A stretch of 64,000 nt of DNA from Verrucomicrobiota bacterium (GTDB lineage: Bacteria; Verrucomicrobiota; Kiritimatiellia; CAIQIC01; JAGNIJ01). Below are positions 62,189 to 64,000 of this stretch, one piece after another (position 1 is the stretch's first letter; each line of letters starts with the position of its first letter). Below the pieces are notes generated by a model. It did no database searches and was not told where the DNA came from. It saw nothing but the letters and a program-made list of their open reading frames with translations. The stretch spans positions 72,320 through 136,319 of the forward strand of contig DAISJM010000001.1 in assembly GCA_036821485.1 (NCBI GenBank). The letters are read 5' to 3'. Position numbers and translations under genes: made by a program.

Positions 62189-64000
62189 AATGCACCCACT
62201 TCTCCGACAGCCGCATCTGGATCACGGTCAGCACCAGCACGATCAGGAAGAGGAACCACGCCATGGCTGCGGCGTAGCCCATGTTGAGATAGCGGAAGGC
62301 GTTGTTGAAGAGGTGGTAGACGTAGAACAGGGTGGAGTTCACGGGGCCACCGGCGGTCATGATGAACGACTGCGCGAAGACCTGGAACGTGCCGATCAGG
62401 CCCATGACGAGGTTGAAGAAGATGTAGGGCGTGAGCATCGGCAGGGTGATGTAGACGAACTGCTGGAAGCCGGTGGCGCCGTCGATCGAGGCGGCCTCGT
62501 AGTAGGACTGGCTGATGCCTTTCAGGCCGGCGATCCAGATGATCATGCCGCCGCCGGCGGTCCAGAGGCCCATCAGGATCAACGCCCACTTGCTGGTTGC
62601 CTCGTCCTGCAGCCAGAGCGGGCCTTTGACTCCGACGAGCGCGAGCATCTGGTTCAGCAGGCCGGCCTGCGGGTTGAAGATCCAGATCCAGAGGATGCTG
62701 GCGGCGACGACAGGCACGATGCTCGGGAGGTAGAAGAACGTCCGCCAGACCGCGACGCCGCCGACCTTCTGCGTGAGCAGGATCGCGATGCCGAGGCCGA
62801 CCGCCATGCCGATCGGAACGCCGACGACCATGAAGAGCGTGTTGAAGAACGACTTCGCGAAGAGCTCGTCGCCCGAGAACATCACCTTGTAGTTGGTCAC
62901 GCCCGTGAAGACCGCGTCGTTGAGGATGTCGAACCGGCAGAAGCTGATGATGAGCGAGAACAGGATCGGGCCGCCGGTGAACAGGACGAAACCGATCAGC
63001 CAGGGCAGGGCGCAGATGACGCCGTCCTTCCATTGCGAACGGAAGTAGGAGCCGGAGCTGCCCTCGAGCACGGCGTCGTGCTTCACGCGCACGCCGAACT
63101 TCCGGCGAAACGAGGGGCTGGTATCCCAGAGGTAGACGCCGGCCACGGTGAGGGCAAGGATCGCGCCGTACAGCCAGAAGAACCACGTCCAGCTGCGGAT
63201 GGGTTTTCCGGCGACAGGGTGGAGCAGCGCGTCGAGGTCGCGCTGGACGATGGCGCCGTAGTAGTCCAGCGACTCCTGCGCGGTCTTCTTGTGGAAGATC
63301 GCGTCCTCCATCGCCCAGATCTGCGCGTTCCAGAGCTTCTGGCCGACGGGGGTGACGGGGCGGTAGCGCGAGTCGGGAAGCAGGTCGTTGAACATCGTCA
63401 TGACCTGCTTGAACTTCGGCTCCAGCGTCGGGTTCTCCATGATGTACTTTTCCTGGAGCCACTCGTTGTGCGCCCGGTTCGGGCGTTGGCGCGGGATGAA
63501 AGGGCGGCCCTGCGCCGCGTAGGTGTATTCCTCCGACACGGTCATGATCTGCAGCGCGCGCCAGCTGCTGAGGAATCGGATCAGCTCCCACGCGCCATCC
63601 TTCTTCGTGGAGGAGGAGGGAATCGCGAAGGCCCAGCCGCCGACCCACGAGATCGGCCTGCGCCCCTTGTCGAGCTCGGCTTGAGGGAGGGGCGGGGGCG
63701 CGGCGGCGACGCGGAGGTCGCGGCCGTAGAGCGCGAGCGAGGACATGATCCAGACGCCGTCGATCTTCATCGCGACCTTGCCGAGGATGAACGGGTCGAG
63801 CGAGTCGCCCTGGAAGGCGCTCTGGAACGCGTAGACTTCCTTCGCGCCGCCGAGCTTGTCGTAGATGCCGGTCATGAAATCGAGCGCGCGGACGATGTTC
63901 GCGTCGTTGAGCGTGCAGCTCGTGCCGGCCGGATTCATGAACTCGCCGCCCGCCTGCCAGCCGTAGAGGTAGAGCCACGAGTTGCCGTAGTTGGGGATGA
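62175..64000 (-). CDS. Single ORF fusing the C-terminal half of a family-1 solute-binding protein to a MalF-like ABC permease (partial; N-terminus beyond window end)
   Basis: The frame is open from the window end (..IPNYGNSWLYLYGWQAGGEFMNPAGTS..) through an SBP-like C-terminus (..TAQESLDYYGAIVQRDL) into a permease with EAASIDGAT. There is no stop between the two parts. Confidence 0.65.
   Translation of the reverse strand, partial: IPNYGNSWLYLYGWQAGGEFMNPAGTSCTLNDANIVRALDFMTGIYDKLGGAKEVYAFQSAFQGDSLDPFILGKVAMKIDGVWIMSSLALYGRDLRVAAAPPPLPQAELDKGRRPISWVGGWAFAIPSSSTKKDGAWELIRFLSSWRALQIMTVSEEYTYAAQGRPFIPRQRPNRAHNEWLQEKYIMENPTLEPKFKQVMTMFNDLLPDSRYRPVTPVGQKLWNAQIWAMEDAIFHKKTAQESLDYYGAIVQRDLDALLHPVAGKPIRSWTWFFWLYGAILALTVAGVYLWDTSPSFRRKFGVRVKHDAVLEGSSGSYFRSQWKDGVICALPWLIGFVLFTGGPILFSLIISFCRFDILNDAVFTGVTNYKVMFSGDELFAKSFFNTLFMVVGVPIGMAVGLGIAILLTQKVGGVAVWRTFFYLPSIVPVVAASILWIWIFNPQAGLLNQMLALVGVKGPLWLQDEATSKWALILMGLWTAGGGMIIWIAGLKGISQSYYEAASIDGATGFQQFVYITLPMLTPYIFFNLVMGLIGTFQVFAQSFIMTAGGPVNSTLFYVYHLFNNAFRYLNMGYAAAMAWFLFLIVLVLTVIQMRLSEKWVHYEGE

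Noticed and set aside
62185-63978. 597-aa alternative-frame ORF co-extensive with the SBP-permease gene
   Set aside because: The translation is an Arg/Pro/Gly-rich low-complexity read typical of an off-frame in 65% GC DNA. The other frame has clear SBP and MalF-like permease motifs.

Overview
This is a 64-kb, high-GC (~65%) bacterial chromosomal window with genes on both strands. Coordinates are taken from the supplied ORF track and trimmed where a start codon plus a ribosome-binding site (RBS) supports it; function calls rest on motif recognition by eye, with no database search run.

Main content:
(1) A large N-heterocycle/ureide catabolic supercluster. The minus-strand operon 10727-21756 encodes a three-subunit xanthine-dehydrogenase-family molybdoenzyme, a cyclase-family hydrolase, a DUF1116 / FdrA / DUF2877 trio (the E. 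coli fdrA-ylbE-ylbF families, recently assigned to oxamate carbamoyltransferase), a thiolase with its DUF35 partner, and an unknown protein. Downstream at 21963-34478 lie a nitrilase-family C-N hydrolase translationally coupled to an orphan malonate decarboxylase alpha (MdcA)-like protein, an aminotransferase, an unusually long transketolase-like enzyme, L-serine dehydratase, the knotted carbamoyltransferase YgeW, carbamate kinase and a ThrC-like PLP enzyme. A YgeY-type M20 hydrolase and a cysteine-synthase-family PLP enzyme sit at 4111-6857.
(2) A low-GC islet (9077-10689) with an AbiE-like pair: a winged-HTH protein and a small nucleotidyltransferase-fold protein, behind an AT-rich promoter that carries a 14-bp perfect palindrome.
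(3) A REP-associated tyrosine transposase (RAYT; HUH motif plus the YIHxNxVRHG signature) flanked by two copies of a double-hairpin REP, next to a ~260-bp low-GC insert and a divergent duplicate of the neighbouring gene's last 15 codons.
(4) Three giant secreted proteins: two subtilases (one kexin-like with a P-domain; both with He_PIG and lamin-tail domains) and a 1.7-kaa GH66-like glycosidase with ~10 CBM25/26-like repeats. All three share a C-terminal module of TSP3-like Ca-binding repeats plus a ~70-aa terminal beta-domain. The glycosidase is adjacent to a LacI regulator and sugar ABC transporter genes.
(5) tRNA-Glu(CUC) and tRNA-Val(UAC); a PEP-CTERM protein plus a truncated PEP-CTERM remnant; and a DUF134 / NifX-like / peroxiredoxin / Cys-rich mini-operon.
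(6) Several families of short palindromic repeats. A 50-bp TTTTCCAACCCTTGGAAAA-N12-TTTTCCAAGGGTTGGAAA element occurs three times, one copy in-frame inside a coding sequence. Others are a tandem 78-bp triple-palindrome unit, GTAGACGCG-type REP hairpins, and a GGTAAAGYTGGTKCGCCGAATT motif family. An internally deleted rlmN pseudo-copy also points to past rearrangement.

No CRISPR array, rRNA or prophage integrase was seen.
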